Counted from the stretch's first letter, positions 10,524 through 21,015 are shown. The stretch is 64,000 nucleotides of DNA from an uncultured Eubacteriales bacterium (GCA_900549955.1 URQH01000004.1:5121-69120); one strand, 5' to 3'. Notes: a model not told the origin generated them from the letters alone. Numbers and translations: made by a program.

Positions 10524-10544
10524 CGGACAGGTGCGGAATTCGGC

Positions 10545-11153
10545 ATGACCAAGATCGAGGACATCGTCAAAAAGGAATTTTCCCGCTCGTTCATGGGCTA
10601 TGACATGCGCGAGGTGGATTATTTTCTGGACGAGATCATCGAGCAGATGGAGACGTATGAGCGCGAACGGCAGGAGATGCTGACGGCTATGGAGTATCTG
10701 CTGCGAGAGCTTGAGCAGTTTGACGACATCGCCGACGAGGCCGAAAAACAGCTGCATGATGTAGACGGCGGACAGGCCGCTGCTTCGGATGCCAGCCGCG
10801 CGCGTCGCCGTTCGACGCGCGTCCATCCGGTTGTCCCGCCGGCGGATCCTGCCGAGGAGCCGCCGGAGACGGCGGCGGAGGACGAGCCAATCGTGCTCGA
10901 AGAATTTGAGGTGTATGCCGCAGCGCCGGTGGAGGAGGCAGTACGGGAGAACGGTTCAGACGCCCCAGAGGAGCCGGATGCGCCTGATGAGCCTGACGCG
11001 CCGTCGGAAGCGGGTGCTACAGACACGCCTGACGCGAGCGAACAGCGCAAGTGTGAGGAGACGGCGGTGGAGCGGGAGACTGCTGTCGCTGACGACGACG
11101 CCCGTTCCCAAGGCGAGGAGCCAACCGACTGTGAAGAAACGAACGCCAATTAA
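10545..11153 (+). CDS. DivIVA domain-containing protein with acidic low-complexity tail
   Basis: N-terminal IEDIVKKEFSRSFMGYDMREVDYFLDEI is a DivIVA motif. The C-terminal ~125 aa are rich in Asp/Glu/Pro/Ala. Confidence 0.85.
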   Translation: MTKIEDIVKKEFSRSFMGYDMREVDYFLDEIIEQMETYERERQEMLTAMEYLLRELEQFDDIADEAEKQLHDVDGGQAAASDASRARRRSTRVHPVVPPADPAEEPPETAAEDEPIVLEEFEVYAAAPVEEAVRENGSDAPEEPDAPDEPDAPSEAGATDTPDASEQRKCEETAVERETAVADDDARSQGEEPTDCEETNAN

Positions 11154-11166
11154 CACCATACCGCCC

Positions 11167-12984
11167 ATGACGAAGACCGAGCTGCGCGAACTGGGTATCG
11201 AGCAGCTCGATTTTGTGTACATTTCCGGCGATGCCTATATCGACCATCCGAGCTTTGGCACGGCGATCATTGCGCGCGTTCTGCAAAGCCACGGCTATAC
11301 CGTGGGCATCATTGCCCAGCCCGACTGGACGGACGTGCAGGCGTTTCGCCGGTTGGGCTGTCCAAGGCTTGCGTTTCTCGTCTCTTCCGGCAATATCGAT
11401 TCCATGGTCAACCACTATTCCGTGGGCGGCCGCCGACGCACCGAGGATCTTTATTCTCCGGGCGGTCGCGCCGGGCTGCGGCCGGATCGCGCTGTGATCG
11501 TATACGCAAACCGTTGTCGGGAGGCCTATGCGCATGTCCCGGTGGTGATCGGCGGGCTGGAGGCCAGCTTGCGGCGCTTTGCGCACTATGACTACTGGGA
11601 TGACCGTGTACGCCATTCCATCTTGTATGACGCCGGCGCCGACCTGTTGCTTTACGGCATGGGGGAGCGGACGATCGTCGAACTCGCGGACGCGCTTGAA
11701 CGGGGATGCCCTGTACGCGAGATTCGCTCGATCCGCGGCTCCTGTTTTCGTGTCAATCGCCAGGATGAGCTGCCGGTGGGCTGTTTGCTGCTACCCTCCT
11801 ACGGCGAGGTAGCGGGCGACGTATGCGCCTATGCGCGGGCCTTTCAGATGGAGGCCGGAGAACAGGACGCGTTGCGCGGCAAGCCGCTGGCGCAGGCGCA
11901 TGAAAAGGGGTATCTGGTGGCCAACCCGCCGGCACGGCCGCTGAGCACGGAGGAACTGGACGCCGTGTATGCGTTGCCGTTTACGCGCCGTCCGCACCCG
12001 ATCTATCACGATCCGATACCGGCGCTCGATGAGGTGGCGTTTTCGGTAACTTCGTCGCGTGGGTGCTTTGGCGGCTGCAGCTTTTGTGCGCTCACGTTTC
12101 ATCAGGGGCGCGTAGTGCAGGCGCGCAGCCATGATTCCATCGTAACGGAAGTGCGCCGTCTGACGCATGATCCCGATTTTAAGGGCTATATTCACGACGT
12201 GGGCGGCCCCACTGCCAATTTCCGTGAGCCGGCGTGCGATAAGCAGCGCCGCGTGGGCGTTTGCCGTGACAGGCAGTGTATTGGCTTTACCGTCTGTCCG
12301 AATCTGCGCGTCACGCATACGGACTATGTCGCGCTCCTGCGCAAGCTGCGCGCGGTGCCCGGCGTGAAAAAAGTGTTCATCCGTTCCGGCGTCCGGTATG
12401 ATTACGTGATGTATGACCGGGACGATACCTTCCTGCGGGAGTTGATCCGGCACCACATCAGCGGCCAGCTCAAGGTGGCGCCGGAGCACGTGTCCGATCG
12501 GGTGCTGCAGTATATGAACAAGCCGCCCCATGCGCTGTACGAGCGGTTTGAACAGCGTTACCGCCAGCTAAACTGCAACGAAGGACGCAAGCAGTATCTG
12601 GTGCCCTATCTGATGTCGTCGCATCCGGGCGCGGAGCTGTCCGACGCAATCGAGCTGGCGTGCTATCTTAAGAAAAAGGGCCTGCGGCCGCAGCAGGTAC
12701 AGGACTTTTACCCGACGCCCGGCACGCTCTCTACCTGCATGTATCATACCGGCTTGGACCCTCGCACGATGCAGCCGGTTTATGTAGCAAAGACGCACCA
12801 GGAAAAACGCATGCAGCGTGCGCTGATGCAATATTTCCTGCCACGCAATTTCCCCATTGTCCGGCAGGCGCTGCGCCAGGCGGGACGCGAGGATCTGATC
12901 GGAACCGGCAGGGAGTGCCTGGTTCCGCCGGAAAATCGCCATCCTGAGAAGAATGCTGTTGACAAACGGAGGCACAGCAGATAA
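11167..12984 (+). CDS. ygiQ: YgiQ family radical SAM protein (UPF0313)
   Basis: LDFVYISGDAYIDHPSFG N-terminus and SSRGCFGGCSFCALTFHQGR cluster motif. The track ORF start at 10789 is an alternate-frame extension through the DivIVA tail. Confidence 0.88.
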   Translation: MTKTELRELGIEQLDFVYISGDAYIDHPSFGTAIIARVLQSHGYTVGIIAQPDWTDVQAFRRLGCPRLAFLVSSGNIDSMVNHYSVGGRRRTEDLYSPGGRAGLRPDRAVIVYANRCREAYAHVPVVIGGLEASLRRFAHYDYWDDRVRHSILYDAGADLLLYGMGERTIVELADALERGCPVREIRSIRGSCFRVNRQDELPVGCLLLPSYGEVAGDVCAYARAFQMEAGEQDALRGKPLAQAHEKGYLVANPPARPLSTEELDAVYALPFTRRPHPIYHDPIPALDEVAFSVTSSRGCFGGCSFCALTFHQGRVVQARSHDSIVTEVRRLTHDPDFKGYIHDVGGPTANFREPACDKQRRVGVCRDRQCIGFTVCPNLRVTHTDYVALLRKLRAVPGVKKVFIRSGVRYDYVMYDRDDTFLRELIRHHISGQLKVAPEHVSDRVLQYMNKPPHALYERFEQRYRQLNCNEGRKQYLVPYLMSSHPGAELSDAIELACYLKKKGLRPQQVQDFYPTPGTLSTCMYHTGLDPRTMQPVYVAKTHQEKRMQRALMQYFLPRNFPIVRQALRQAGREDLIGTGRECLVPPENRHPEKNAVDKRRHSR

Positions 12985-13018
12985 AATAAACGATGGTCGT
13001 ATTTTCGGAGGATTGGCT

Positions 13019-13522
13019 ATGGAACTGCTGGTTGCATCGGCGCTCAAAGCGGTTGGCGAACCATTTGCGTTTTCGCTGACCGAGCAGGTGCCCCCACAGC
13101 GGTTTGGCGGCCGGCTTGTCGAGTTCGATGCGCCGCTTTCCGTTGCGGGCCGGTATGTGTTCGACGGCAAGGCGTTTGCAGTGGAAGGCACGATTGACAC
13201 GCGTCTGCGTTCGGTGTGCGCACGCTGTGCCGAACCCTTTACCGAACCCATGACGGTGGCGTTTTCGGAGCGCTTTGTCAAGGCGGCCGACTGTACGCCG
13301 GATTCCGAAACCTATCTCTATGAGGGAGATCGGCTCTGCCTGGATCAGGCTGTGATGGACAACCTGTTTCTGCAATTACCGCTGACAAGTGTTTGCCGAC
13401 CGGATTGCAGGGGACTTTGCCCGATTTGCGGCGTCAACCGCAACACGCATGCCTGCTCCTGTGATCCGGAGCGGCCGACCGGCGCGTTTGCCGCGCTGCA
13501 TGAGATTCGAAATGATCATTAA
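13019..13522 (+). CDS. yceD: YceD family (DUF177) protein
   Basis: C-terminal CRPDCRGLCPICGVNRNTHACSC. Canonical position upstream of rpmF. GGAGGA lies upstream of the ATG at 13019. Confidence 0.88.
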   Translation: MELLVASALKAVGEPFAFSLTEQVPPQRFGGRLVEFDAPLSVAGRYVFDGKAFAVEGTIDTRLRSVCARCAEPFTEPMTVAFSERFVKAADCTPDSETYLYEGDRLCLDQAVMDNLFLQLPLTSVCRPDCRGLCPICGVNRNTHACSCDPERPTGAFAALHEIRNDH

Positions 13523-13534
13523 GGAGGTGTAATC

Positions 13535-13735
13535 ATGGCGGTACCCAAGAGAAAAACTTCTAAGGCGAGACGGGATTCGCGCCGGGCGAACAACTTTAAG
13601 CTCGAACAGCCGAATCTGGTTGAGTGCCCGCAGTGCCACGAGCTCAAGACGTCGCACACCGTATGCAAGAAGTGCGGGTATTACGATGGCAAGCTGGTCG
13701 TCGACATGGAACAAAAGGAAAAGAAGAACGCGTGA
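13535..13735 (+). CDS. rpmF: 50S ribosomal protein L32
   Basis: [18 protein letters not shown]...[20 protein letters not shown], preceded by an AAGGAGG RBS. Confidence 0.96.
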   Translation: MAVPKRKTSKARRDSRRANNFKLEQPNLVECPQCHELKTSHTVCKKCGYYDGKLVVDMEQKEKKNA

Positions 13736-13881
13736 CCGCGCGTTGCACCATTGTTTCCGTGAACACCGTCTTTTTGAATGCAAGGGAGACTTTCATCCTG
13801 CTGGGTGAGGGTCTTTTTTCCGTTGCCTGAACGGCCTGTTGGCCTTGCTGGCAACGAACTGGACGATAGGGGGAGGATTGA

Positions 13882-14886
13882 ATGAGGATTGCCGTAGATA
13901 TCATGGGTGGGGACCATGCGCCTGACGCGGTGTTGGAAGGGTGTATGGCGGCCCTGCCGCGGCTGACGCCGGAGACGGAACTGCTGCTTTTCGGAGCGGA
14001 GTCTGCCATACGCAGCTATCTGCCCAGAACGGAAGATGCCCGTTTGCATGTTTGCCCGACGAGCGAGATCGTTGGCTGTGATGAATCGCCCACGCGCGCC
14101 ATTCGCGCGAAAAAAGATTCTTCGCTGGTGCGCGCCGTGCAGGCGGTTGCCAACGGTGAGGCGGATTGCGTGGTTTCGGCCGGCAACACCGGCGCGCTAC
14201 TGGCCGCGGCGACGCTGATTATCCGCCGCATTGCGGGCGTCAAGCGTCCTGCGCTGGCGCCGCTGTTGCCAACGGTCAACGGTGGCCACGTACTGCTGCT
14301 CGACAGCGGTGCAAACACCGATTGTAAGCCCGCGTATCTGCAGCAGTTTGCGCTCATGGGCGCCGCGTACATGATGTGTGTGCACGGTCTTCCACAGCCG
14401 CGTGTCGGCCTGCTCAACAATGGCGCCGAGTCGGAAAAGGGAAACGAGCTGACAAAGGCTGCCTATGCGCTGCTGGAACAGACTCCCATCCGTTTTGCCG
14501 GCAATTGCGAGGCACGGGATGTGCTTTTTGGTGATTTTGATGTCGTCGTCTGCGACGGATTTGATGGCAATGTGCTGCTCAAGGGGATCGAGGGGACGGC
14601 CGGCGCAATGATGACGCTGCTACGTCAGAACCTCAAGCTCTCGCTGCGAACCAAATTGGGCGCAGCGCTCGCCATGCCGGCGTTCCGTGCGCTCAAGCAT
14701 GCGCTGGACTATACCGAGCAGGGCGGTGCGCCGCTGCTGGGCGTGAAGGGCGGCGTCATCAAGGCGCACGGGAGCTCCAATGCGAAGGCGTTCTCCAACG
14801 CGCTGCTGCAGGCCGAACGGCTCGTGCTGGGCGATGTGACGGGGCGGATCGAGGCTGCGCTTGAATCGCTGCCGGCTGAGGATTGA
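13882..14886 (+). CDS. plsX: phosphate acyltransferase PlsX
   Basis: MRIAVDIMGGDHAP...VSAGNTGA..., 334 aa. Sits in the rpmF-plsX-acpP context. Confidence 0.95.
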   Translation: MRIAVDIMGGDHAPDAVLEGCMAALPRLTPETELLLFGAESAIRSYLPRTEDARLHVCPTSEIVGCDESPTRAIRAKKDSSLVRAVQAVANGEADCVVSAGNTGALLAAATLIIRRIAGVKRPALAPLLPTVNGGHVLLLDSGANTDCKPAYLQQFALMGAAYMMCVHGLPQPRVGLLNNGAESEKGNELTKAAYALLEQTPIRFAGNCEARDVLFGDFDVVVCDGFDGNVLLKGIEGTAGAMMTLLRQNLKLSLRTKLGAALAMPAFRALKHALDYTEQGGAPLLGVKGGVIKAHGSSNAKAFSNALLQAERLVLGDVTGRIEAALESLPAED

Positions 14887-14998
14887 CAGAACCCGTTGCT
14901 TCATATAAAATAGCTTCATCTTGGCACATCCATTGATCGGTATGTACAAGATGACTAAGATCGTGAAAGACAGTATTGGAGAATGAGAGGGAGATATC

Positions 14999-15223
14999 AT
15001 GTATTTTGATAAGGTGCGCGAGATTATCACTCGCCAGTTGGACATCGACCCAGAGTCGGTGAAGATGGAGAGCCGACTGATCGACGACCTTAAGGCGGAT
15101 TCGCTGGACATTGTCGAGCTGGTCATGGATCTGGAGCAGGAGTTTGATGTGGAGATCCCCGACGAGGATCTGCCAAAAGTGCAGACCGTTGCGGATATCG
15201 TCAATTTTCTCGAAAACCGCTGA
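14999..15223 (+). CDS. acpP: acyl carrier protein
   Basis: 74 aa with [17 protein letters not shown] (phosphopantetheine serine in DSLD). Confidence 0.95.
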   Translation: MYFDKVREIITRQLDIDPESVKMESRLIDDLKADSLDIVELVMDLEQEFDVEIPDEDLPKVQTVADIVNFLENR

Positions 15224-15242
15224 GCACTTGCTCTGCCGGGAC

Positions 15243-15273
15243 GCCCGCATCGCATGGTGCGGGCCGTTTTGTT
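15243..15273 (+). terminator. hairpin terminator/attenuator after acpP
   Basis: GCCCGCA / TGCGGGC stem with an 8-nt loop, followed by CGTTTTGTT. Confidence 0.55.
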
Positions 15274-15288
15274 GGGAAAGGAGAGAAC

Positions 15289-16020
15289 ATGGAGGATTGG
15301 GCACTGTCGCTGGACGCACTGCAACAGGCCATTGGCTACTCGTTCCGCGAACCGAAGCTGCTGATGACGGCGTTGACGCATTCGTCCTTTGTCAAGGGCG
15401 ATGGCGCGAACGCCGATCACAACGAGAGGCTGGAGTTCCTTGGGGACGCGGTGCTGGAGCTGTCTGTCAGCGAACGTCTGTATCAGGAATACCCGGAGAT
15501 GGACGAGGGGGCGATGACGCGGCTGCGCGCGCGGCTCGTGTGTGAAAGCGCGTTGTTTTTGGCGGCCCAGCCGATCGGCCTTGCGGCCTGCCTGCGCCTT
15601 GGGCACGGGGAGGAGCGTTCCGGCGGGAGGGACAAGCCGTCCGTCGTGTCCGACGCGCTGGAGGCGCTCATCGGCGCCATCTATCTCGATGGGGGCCAGC
15701 AGGCAGCCCGGGCCTTTGTGGAGGCGCACGTGGTCGAGCGGCTGGAGCTGTCGTCGGTTGCGTCACAGGACAAGGATTATAAGACGCGCCTGCAGGAACA
15801 TGTGCAGAAACAGCACCTTGGCCGGCTGCGCTATGAGCTGGTCGGCGCCGATGGACCGGAGCACCACAAGGCGTTTACCATGCGTGTATTGCTCAACGAC
15901 CAGGAGATTGGCCGCGGCGAGGGCGGCACGAAACAGCGCGCCGGACAGCAGGCGGCACAGCGCGCGCTGCAGCAAATGCTGGCGCCGCAGGACGGGGGAG
16001 GGACTGCGCCTTGCGACTGA
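15289..16020 (+). CDS. rnc: ribonuclease III
   Basis: Has the signature NERLEFLGDAVLEL and a C-terminal dsRBD. Confidence 0.95.
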   Translation: MEDWALSLDALQQAIGYSFREPKLLMTALTHSSFVKGDGANADHNERLEFLGDAVLELSVSERLYQEYPEMDEGAMTRLRARLVCESALFLAAQPIGLAACLRLGHGEERSGGRDKPSVVSDALEALIGAIYLDGGQQAARAFVEAHVVERLELSSVASQDKDYKTRLQEHVQKQHLGRLRYELVGADGPEHHKAFTMRVLLNDQEIGRGEGGTKQRAGQQAAQRALQQMLAPQDGGGTAPCD

Positions 16021-19000
16021 GCAGACTGGAGATCAATGGGTTTAAGTCCTTTGCCCGCAAGACGGAGCTGGTCTTTGGCAACGGCATTACAGCTGTCATT
16101 GGACCGAACGGCAGCGGCAAGAGCAACATCGCAGACGCCGTGCGCTGGGTGCTGGGCGAGCAGAGTGCACGTGCCCTGCGCGGCACGCGCATGGAGGACG
16201 TTATTTTTAACGGCACACAGCGGCGCCGCGCGCAGGCCTATTGCGAAGTGACGCTCACGTTCGACAATGCCGACGGAGCCCTGCCGGTTCCCTTTTCCGA
16301 GGTGGCCGTCACCCGACGTGTCTACCGCAGCGGGGAGAGCGAATACTGTCTCAACCATACGGCGTGCCGGTTGCGGGATATTTTGGAGCTGTTTCGCGAT
16401 ACGGGCATCGGCAAGGACGGCTATTCCATCATTGGGCAGGGCAAGGTAGATGAGATCCTGTCCAACAAGTCGGAGGAACGGCGCGCGGCGCTGGAGGAAG
16501 CGGCGGGCGTCATGCGATACCGCGTGCGCAAGGAAGAGGCGGCCCGCAAGCTGGAGCACACGGAGAAGAACCTGGAGCGGATCGACGATATCCTGACGGA
16601 ACTGGGCGACCGCCTGCAGCCGCTGGAGGAACAGAGCGCTGCGGCGCGCGCGTTTTTAAAACTGCGCGACGAGCTGCGCGACCTGGAGGTCAACCTGTTT
16701 CTGTATCAATATGACCGCAACCGGGAACGGTTGTCGAGCCTGGAATCGGCCATCCGCCAGATGGAAGAGGAAGAGGCGCAAAACGAGGCGCTTTCCGCCG
16801 AATTGCAGACGGAAGCGGATGCACTGGAGCGGCAGGTTGCAGAACTGGACGCGACGCTTTCCGAACAGCAAAACCGGCTTGTCTCCCTGCTGTCCGGCGT
16901 CGAGACGCACGTGGGTGAGTGCAACCTGCTGCTGGAGCGCAGGGAGCATGCCAAAGCGGAGTTGCAGCGTTTACAAGCGGAGCGCGATCGCCTGACAGAG
17001 CGAAGCGAAGAGCTGGGACAAACGCTTGCTGAGATGACCTCCGATACGGCGGGCGAAGCGGCCATGGCGCAGCTGACGCGGGACATCGCCGCCGCGGAGG
17101 CATCGCTTGCCGCACAAGATGCTGCGCTGCTCACGGCAGAAGCCGAGCTGGAGCGCAGGAAAAACGAGATGATGGAGGCCATGAACCGGCTGGCCGATGC
17201 CAAGAGCGGTTCCTCCCGCTTTGACGCGATGGCCGCCGCCATAGCGGAGCGCCTGGAGGCGATTGCCCGGCAGTGGACGGAACAGACTGGCGCGCGCGCT
17301 GCGCTGGAGACGGAATATACCGAGGCGCAGGCAGAACTTTCAGAGCTGACGCAGGCCCGGCAGACGCTGCAGGGAGAGCTGGATACCGCCCTGCAAAACC
17401 GCGCCGCGCTCGAGAAGCGGCATGCCGACGCGGTCGCCGAGCAACACGGCCTGGAGCAGGAGACCGGCTCCATGCGCTCGCGCCTGCGCGTATTGCGCGA
17501 AATGGCCAGGTCGCGCGAGGGATATTATACGAGCGTCAAACGCCTCATGGACGATGCTGCGTGCGACAAGCAGCTTGCCGCGTCCGTTGTCGGCATCGTG
17601 GCAGAACTCATCCATGTGCCGAAGCGATTTGAAACGGCCATTGGCATGGCGCTGGGTTCCTCGCTGCAAAACATCGTTACGCCGACGGCCGAGGACGCCA
17701 AATATGTGATCGAGTATCTGCGAAGAAAGGACTATGGCCGCGCGACGCTGCTGCCCATCTCCCTGTTGCATCGCAATCCGGCGAACGAAGCCGAGTTGCG
17801 GCAGCTGCGCATGGAACACTGCCTTGGATTGGCGTCGGAACTGGTCGAGTGTAACGACGAGATGCGCCCGGTCGTCGAATACCTGCTGGGCAGGACGGCG
17901 GTCGTGGAGGATCTTGCGGCCGGGATCGCCTTGAAGAAGAGGACCGGCGGCGCGTTTCATATTGCCACGCTGGAGGGCGACATCATCAGCACCGGCGGCG
18001 CCATGAGCGGCGGCAGCCAGCAGAAGCGCAGCTTTTCCCTGCTCGGACGCGAGCGGGAAATGGAGGAGCTGCAACAGGCGCTGCAGCAGAAGGAAGCACG
18101 CCTGGAGACGCTGCAGGGCACATGCGAGGAGCTGCGCAAGGCGCTGCTGCTGGCCGACATGCAGGCGGACGCCTTCCGCGCGGAATTGCATGAAAAAGAT
18201 CTGGCCATTACGCGCCAGAGCGAGAAAGTGGACATCATCGACCGCGACCGCGCGCGGGCCGAGGAACAGGCCGGGCAGCTCGAAGAAGAACGGCAGCAGC
18301 TCGACGAAAACCTGGCCGATATCCGCCGCCAGCGGGAAGAGAGCGTGGCGCTGCAGCGCGACATCGAGTTGGGCAACGCAACGTCTCGGGAGGATGTGCA
18401 GCGGACGCAGGCAGCGCTGGCCGAAAAGCGTGCGGCGCGTGAGGCGGCGTCAAAGCAGCTGACGGAGCAGAAGGTGCGCCTGATGGCGCTACAAAAGGAG
18501 CGCGACGCCGTGCAGGCCGAGCACAACCGGCTGGCTGCCGAGCAGGACGCGGTAAAGAACGCCATTCTTGCGCAGGAGACGGCGATACAGGAGACGACCG
18601 GGCAGATTGCGGCCGCCGAGCGACGCCTCGCGGAGATGCAGCAGGACGTGCAGGCCGAGCAGGCGCAAGCGGGCGCACAGAAGGAGCAGCACCGCCGACT
18701 GGAGGAAGAGCGGGCTGCCCGTGCCGACTCACTCGCGCAGCTGCGCAAGCGCCGCGAGGAAGCATTGCAATCCACACGAGAAATTGGAGAGCGCAAGCAC
18801 CGGCAGGAGCTGCAGAAGAGCCGCGCAGAAATGGAGCTGGCCGGCATGCAGGACCGCATTTGGGAGGAGTATGAGCTCACCTATGAAAATGCCCTTCCCT
18901 ACCGCCACGACATCCCCATCGCCGCGTCCGGAACTCGCGTGAATGAAATCAAGGCGGAGATCCGCGACATGGGTGACATCAACCTGAGCGCCATCGAAGA

Positions 19001-19571
19001 TTACCGCGCCGTTTCAGAGCGGCATGCGGCGCTCGCGGCCCAGAGTGCGGATCTGCGGCAGGCAAAGGCCGATCTGGAAACGCTGATCGCGGAGCTTACC
19101 GACACGATGCAGGATGAATTCTCCCGGCAACTGCACGTCATCCAGCAGAACTTTACCCGCGTGTTTGCGGAGCTGTTTGGCGGCGGGTATGCCGAGTTGC
19201 GCCTGTCCGACGAAAAGGACGTGCTCGGGTGTGATATCGACATCATTGCGCAGCCGCCCGGCAAGAAACTGCAGCTGCTCTCGCTGCTTTCTGGCGGGGA
19301 ACGCGCGCTGACCGCCATTGCGCTGCTATTTGCCATGCTACAGCTCAAACCGCCGGCGTTTTGCGTGCTGGACGAGATCGAATCTTCGCTCGATGAGGTG
19401 AACGTAACGCGTTTTGCCGATTACCTGAAGGCCTATTCCGACGAGACGCAGTTCATCATCATTACGCACCGCAAGGGCAGCATGGAGGTCTGCGACTCGC
19501 TCTATGGCGTGTCCATGGAAGAGCGTGGCGTGAGCAAGGTCGTCTCCGCGCGGTTCGATGCGGCCGGTTGA
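16011..19571 (+). CDS. smc: chromosome segregation protein SMC
   Basis: 1186 aa. Has LEINGFKSF...GPNGSGKSNI Walker A, long coiled coils, a hinge, and C-terminal LSGGERALTAIALLFA / VLDEIESSLD. TTG start overlaps rnc by 10 nt. Confidence 0.96.
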   Translation: MRLSRLEINGFKSFARKTELVFGNGITAVIGPNGSGKSNIADAVRWVLGEQSARALRGTRMEDVIFNGTQRRRAQAYCEVTLTFDNADGALPVPFSEVAVTRRVYRSGESEYCLNHTACRLRDILELFRDTGIGKDGYSIIGQGKVDEILSNKSEERRAALEEAAGVMRYRVRKEEAARKLEHTEKNLERIDDILTELGDRLQPLEEQSAAARAFLKLRDELRDLEVNLFLYQYDRNRERLSSLESAIRQMEEEEAQNEALSAELQTEADALERQVAELDATLSEQQNRLVSLLSGVETHVGECNLLLERREHAKAELQRLQAERDRLTERSEELGQTLAEMTSDTAGEAAMAQLTRDIAAAEASLAAQDAALLTAEAELERRKNEMMEAMNRLADAKSGSSRFDAMAAAIAERLEAIARQWTEQTGARAALETEYTEAQAELSELTQARQTLQGELDTALQNRAALEKRHADAVAEQHGLEQETGSMRSRLRVLREMARSREGYYTSVKRLMDDAACDKQLAASVVGIVAELIHVPKRFETAIGMALGSSLQNIVTPTAEDAKYVIEYLRRKDYGRATLLPISLLHRNPANEAELRQLRMEHCLGLASELVECNDEMRPVVEYLLGRTAVVEDLAAGIALKKRTGGAFHIATLEGDIISTGGAMSGGSQQKRSFSLLGREREMEELQQALQQKEARLETLQGTCEELRKALLLADMQADAFRAELHEKDLAITRQSEKVDIIDRDRARAEEQAGQLEEERQQLDENLADIRRQREESVALQRDIELGNATSREDVQRTQAALAEKRAAREAASKQLTEQKVRLMALQKERDAVQAEHNRLAAEQDAVKNAILAQETAIQETTGQIAAAERRLAEMQQDVQAEQAQAGAQKEQHRRLEEERAARADSLAQLRKRREEALQSTREIGERKHRQELQKSRAEMELAGMQDRIWEEYELTYENALPYRHDIPIAASGTRVNEIKAEIRDMGDINLSAIEDYRAVSERHAALAAQSADLRQAKADLETLIAELTDTMQDEFSRQLHVIQQNFTRVFAELFGGGYAELRLSDEKDVLGCDIDIIAQPPGKKLQLLSLLSGGERALTAIALLFAMLQLKPPAFCVLDEIESSLDEVNVTRFADYLKAYSDETQFIIITHRKGSMEVCDSLYGVSMEERGVSKVVSARFDAAG

Positions 19572-19621
19572 CCGCAATAGCAGGGTGGTTGAGGATTTGT
19601 ATACAGCCGGAGGTGTGGAAC

Positions 19622-20530
19622 GTGGAGCAGAAAAAGATTACATTTTTTGAAAAACTCAAGTCCGGGCTGAGCCGCACGCGCGACAGCGTGTTTTCCGGCC
19701 TCTTTCACAGCGAGGAGCGCGTTAACGACGAGTTTTTCGACGAATTGGAAGAGGGCATGATCCTGGCCGACATGGGCATGGAAACGACGCAACGGCTTCT
19801 CGAGGCGCTTCGCGAGCGCGTGAAGCTGGAGCGGATTACCGAACGTGCCGCAGCGCGCGAAGCGCTGATCCGCCTGGTAGCCGATGCCGTGCGGCCGAAG
19901 ACGCCGTTTCTCGCGGACCAGGGGCCGGCGGTGCTGCTGATCGTGGGTGTCAACGGCGTGGGCAAGACCACGTCCATCGGCAAGATCGCATATTGCTATA
20001 AGCAGCAGGGCCGCCGCCCGATGCTTGCCGCCGGAGACACGTTCCGCGCCGCTGCCGCAGAGCAGCTGGGCGAATGGGCGCGGCGTGCCGACGTGCCCAT
20101 GGTGCGGCACGGAGAGGGCGCGGACCCGTCTGCCGTCGTGTACGACGCCATTGCGTCGAGCCGGGCAAAGGGCTGCGACCTGCTCATTTGCGACACGGCC
20201 GGCCGGCTGCACAACAAGGCCAACCTGATGAACGAGCTGTCCAAGATGCGCCGCATCATCAGCCGCGAACTGCCGGAGGTGCCGTGCGAGACGCTGCTTG
20301 TGTTGGATGCGACGACCGGGCAGAACGCCGTGGCACAGGCGCAGGCCTTTTCCCAGGTAACCGGGCTGTCCGGCGTCATCCTGACCAAGCTGGACGGTAC
20401 GGCAAAGGGCGGCGTCGTCGTTGCCGTCGCCGAGGCGCTCGGCATTCCCGTCCGCTTTATCGGCGTGGGCGAACAGCTGGACGACTTGCGCCCGTTCGAT
20501 GCCGACGCGTTTGCCGCCGCTTTGTTCTGA
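19622..20530 (+). CDS. ftsY: signal recognition particle receptor FtsY
   Basis: NG domain with GVNGVGKTTSIGK, DTAGRL and TKLDGTAKGG. A GTG at 19622 follows GGAGG by 8 nt; the track start at 19568 is also possible. Confidence 0.93.
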   Translation: MEQKKITFFEKLKSGLSRTRDSVFSGLFHSEERVNDEFFDELEEGMILADMGMETTQRLLEALRERVKLERITERAAAREALIRLVADAVRPKTPFLADQGPAVLLIVGVNGVGKTTSIGKIAYCYKQQGRRPMLAAGDTFRAAAAEQLGEWARRADVPMVRHGEGADPSAVVYDAIASSRAKGCDLLICDTAGRLHNKANLMNELSKMRRIISRELPEVPCETLLVLDATTGQNAVAQAQAFSQVTGLSGVILTKLDGTAKGGVVVAVAEALGIPVRFIGVGEQLDDLRPFDADAFAAALF

Positions 20531-20555
20531 GTGCGGGCCTACTGCGACCTATCCG

Positions 20556-20585
20556 CCTGCCGCGCGTATGTGCGGCAGGTTTTTA
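20556..20585 (+). terminator. rho-independent terminator after ftsY
   Basis: CCTGCCGC / GCGGCAGG stem with an 8-nt loop, followed by TTTTT. Confidence 0.7.
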
Positions 20586-20586
20586 C

Positions 20587-20614
20587 TTGACAATTTGCAA
20601 AAACTCCGTATAAT
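20587..20614 (+). promoter_or_regulatory. sigma-A type promoter for ylxM-ffh operon
   Basis: Consensus TTGACA, 16-nt spacer, consensus TATAAT. Confidence 0.7.
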
Positions 20615-20658
20615 AGACAAGGTGTAAAGCAAATGACTTTACAGGGGCGGAAGATGCG

Positions 20659-21015
20659 ATGGACCGTTTGATCGAGCTCGGGCAGCTGTTTGCTTATTAT
20701 GGCGCCTGTTTGACGGAGCGCCAGCGCAGCCTGGTAGACGCCTATGCGAATGAGGATCTGTCCCTTGGCGAGCTGGCCGAACGGGAGCACATTTCCCGGC
20801 AGGGCGCGCGCGATGTGATTGTGCGCGCCGAACAGCAGCTTCGGGACATGGAGCGGCAGCTGGGGCTGATCCGCCGGCACATGCGGCTTTCCGCGCAGCT
20901 GGACCGCCTTTCCGACCTGGCGCGCGCGCTGCCAAAAGACACGGCACAACGGCAGCCGCTGCTGGAGGGACTGGACGAAGCATACCGGATTCTGGAGGAC
21001 GACGATGGCGTTTGA
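20659..21015 (+). CDS. ylxM: YlxM (UPF0122) putative DNA-binding protein
   Basis: 118 aa with a sigma-70 region-4-like HTH (DLSLGELAEREHISRQGARD). Canonical position upstream of ffh. Confidence 0.88.
   Translation: MDRLIELGQLFAYYGACLTERQRSLVDAYANEDLSLGELAEREHISRQGARDVIVRAEQQLRDMERQLGLIRRHMRLSAQLDRLSDLARALPKDTAQRQPLLEGLDEAYRILEDDDGV

Noticed and set aside
10789-11166. An N-terminal extension of 126 aa on the YgiQ ORF that overlaps the DivIVA gene.
   Set aside because: The extension is an alternate frame of the acidic DivIVA tail and reads as Arg/Ser-rich nonsense. The conserved YgiQ N-terminus starts at the ATG at 11167.
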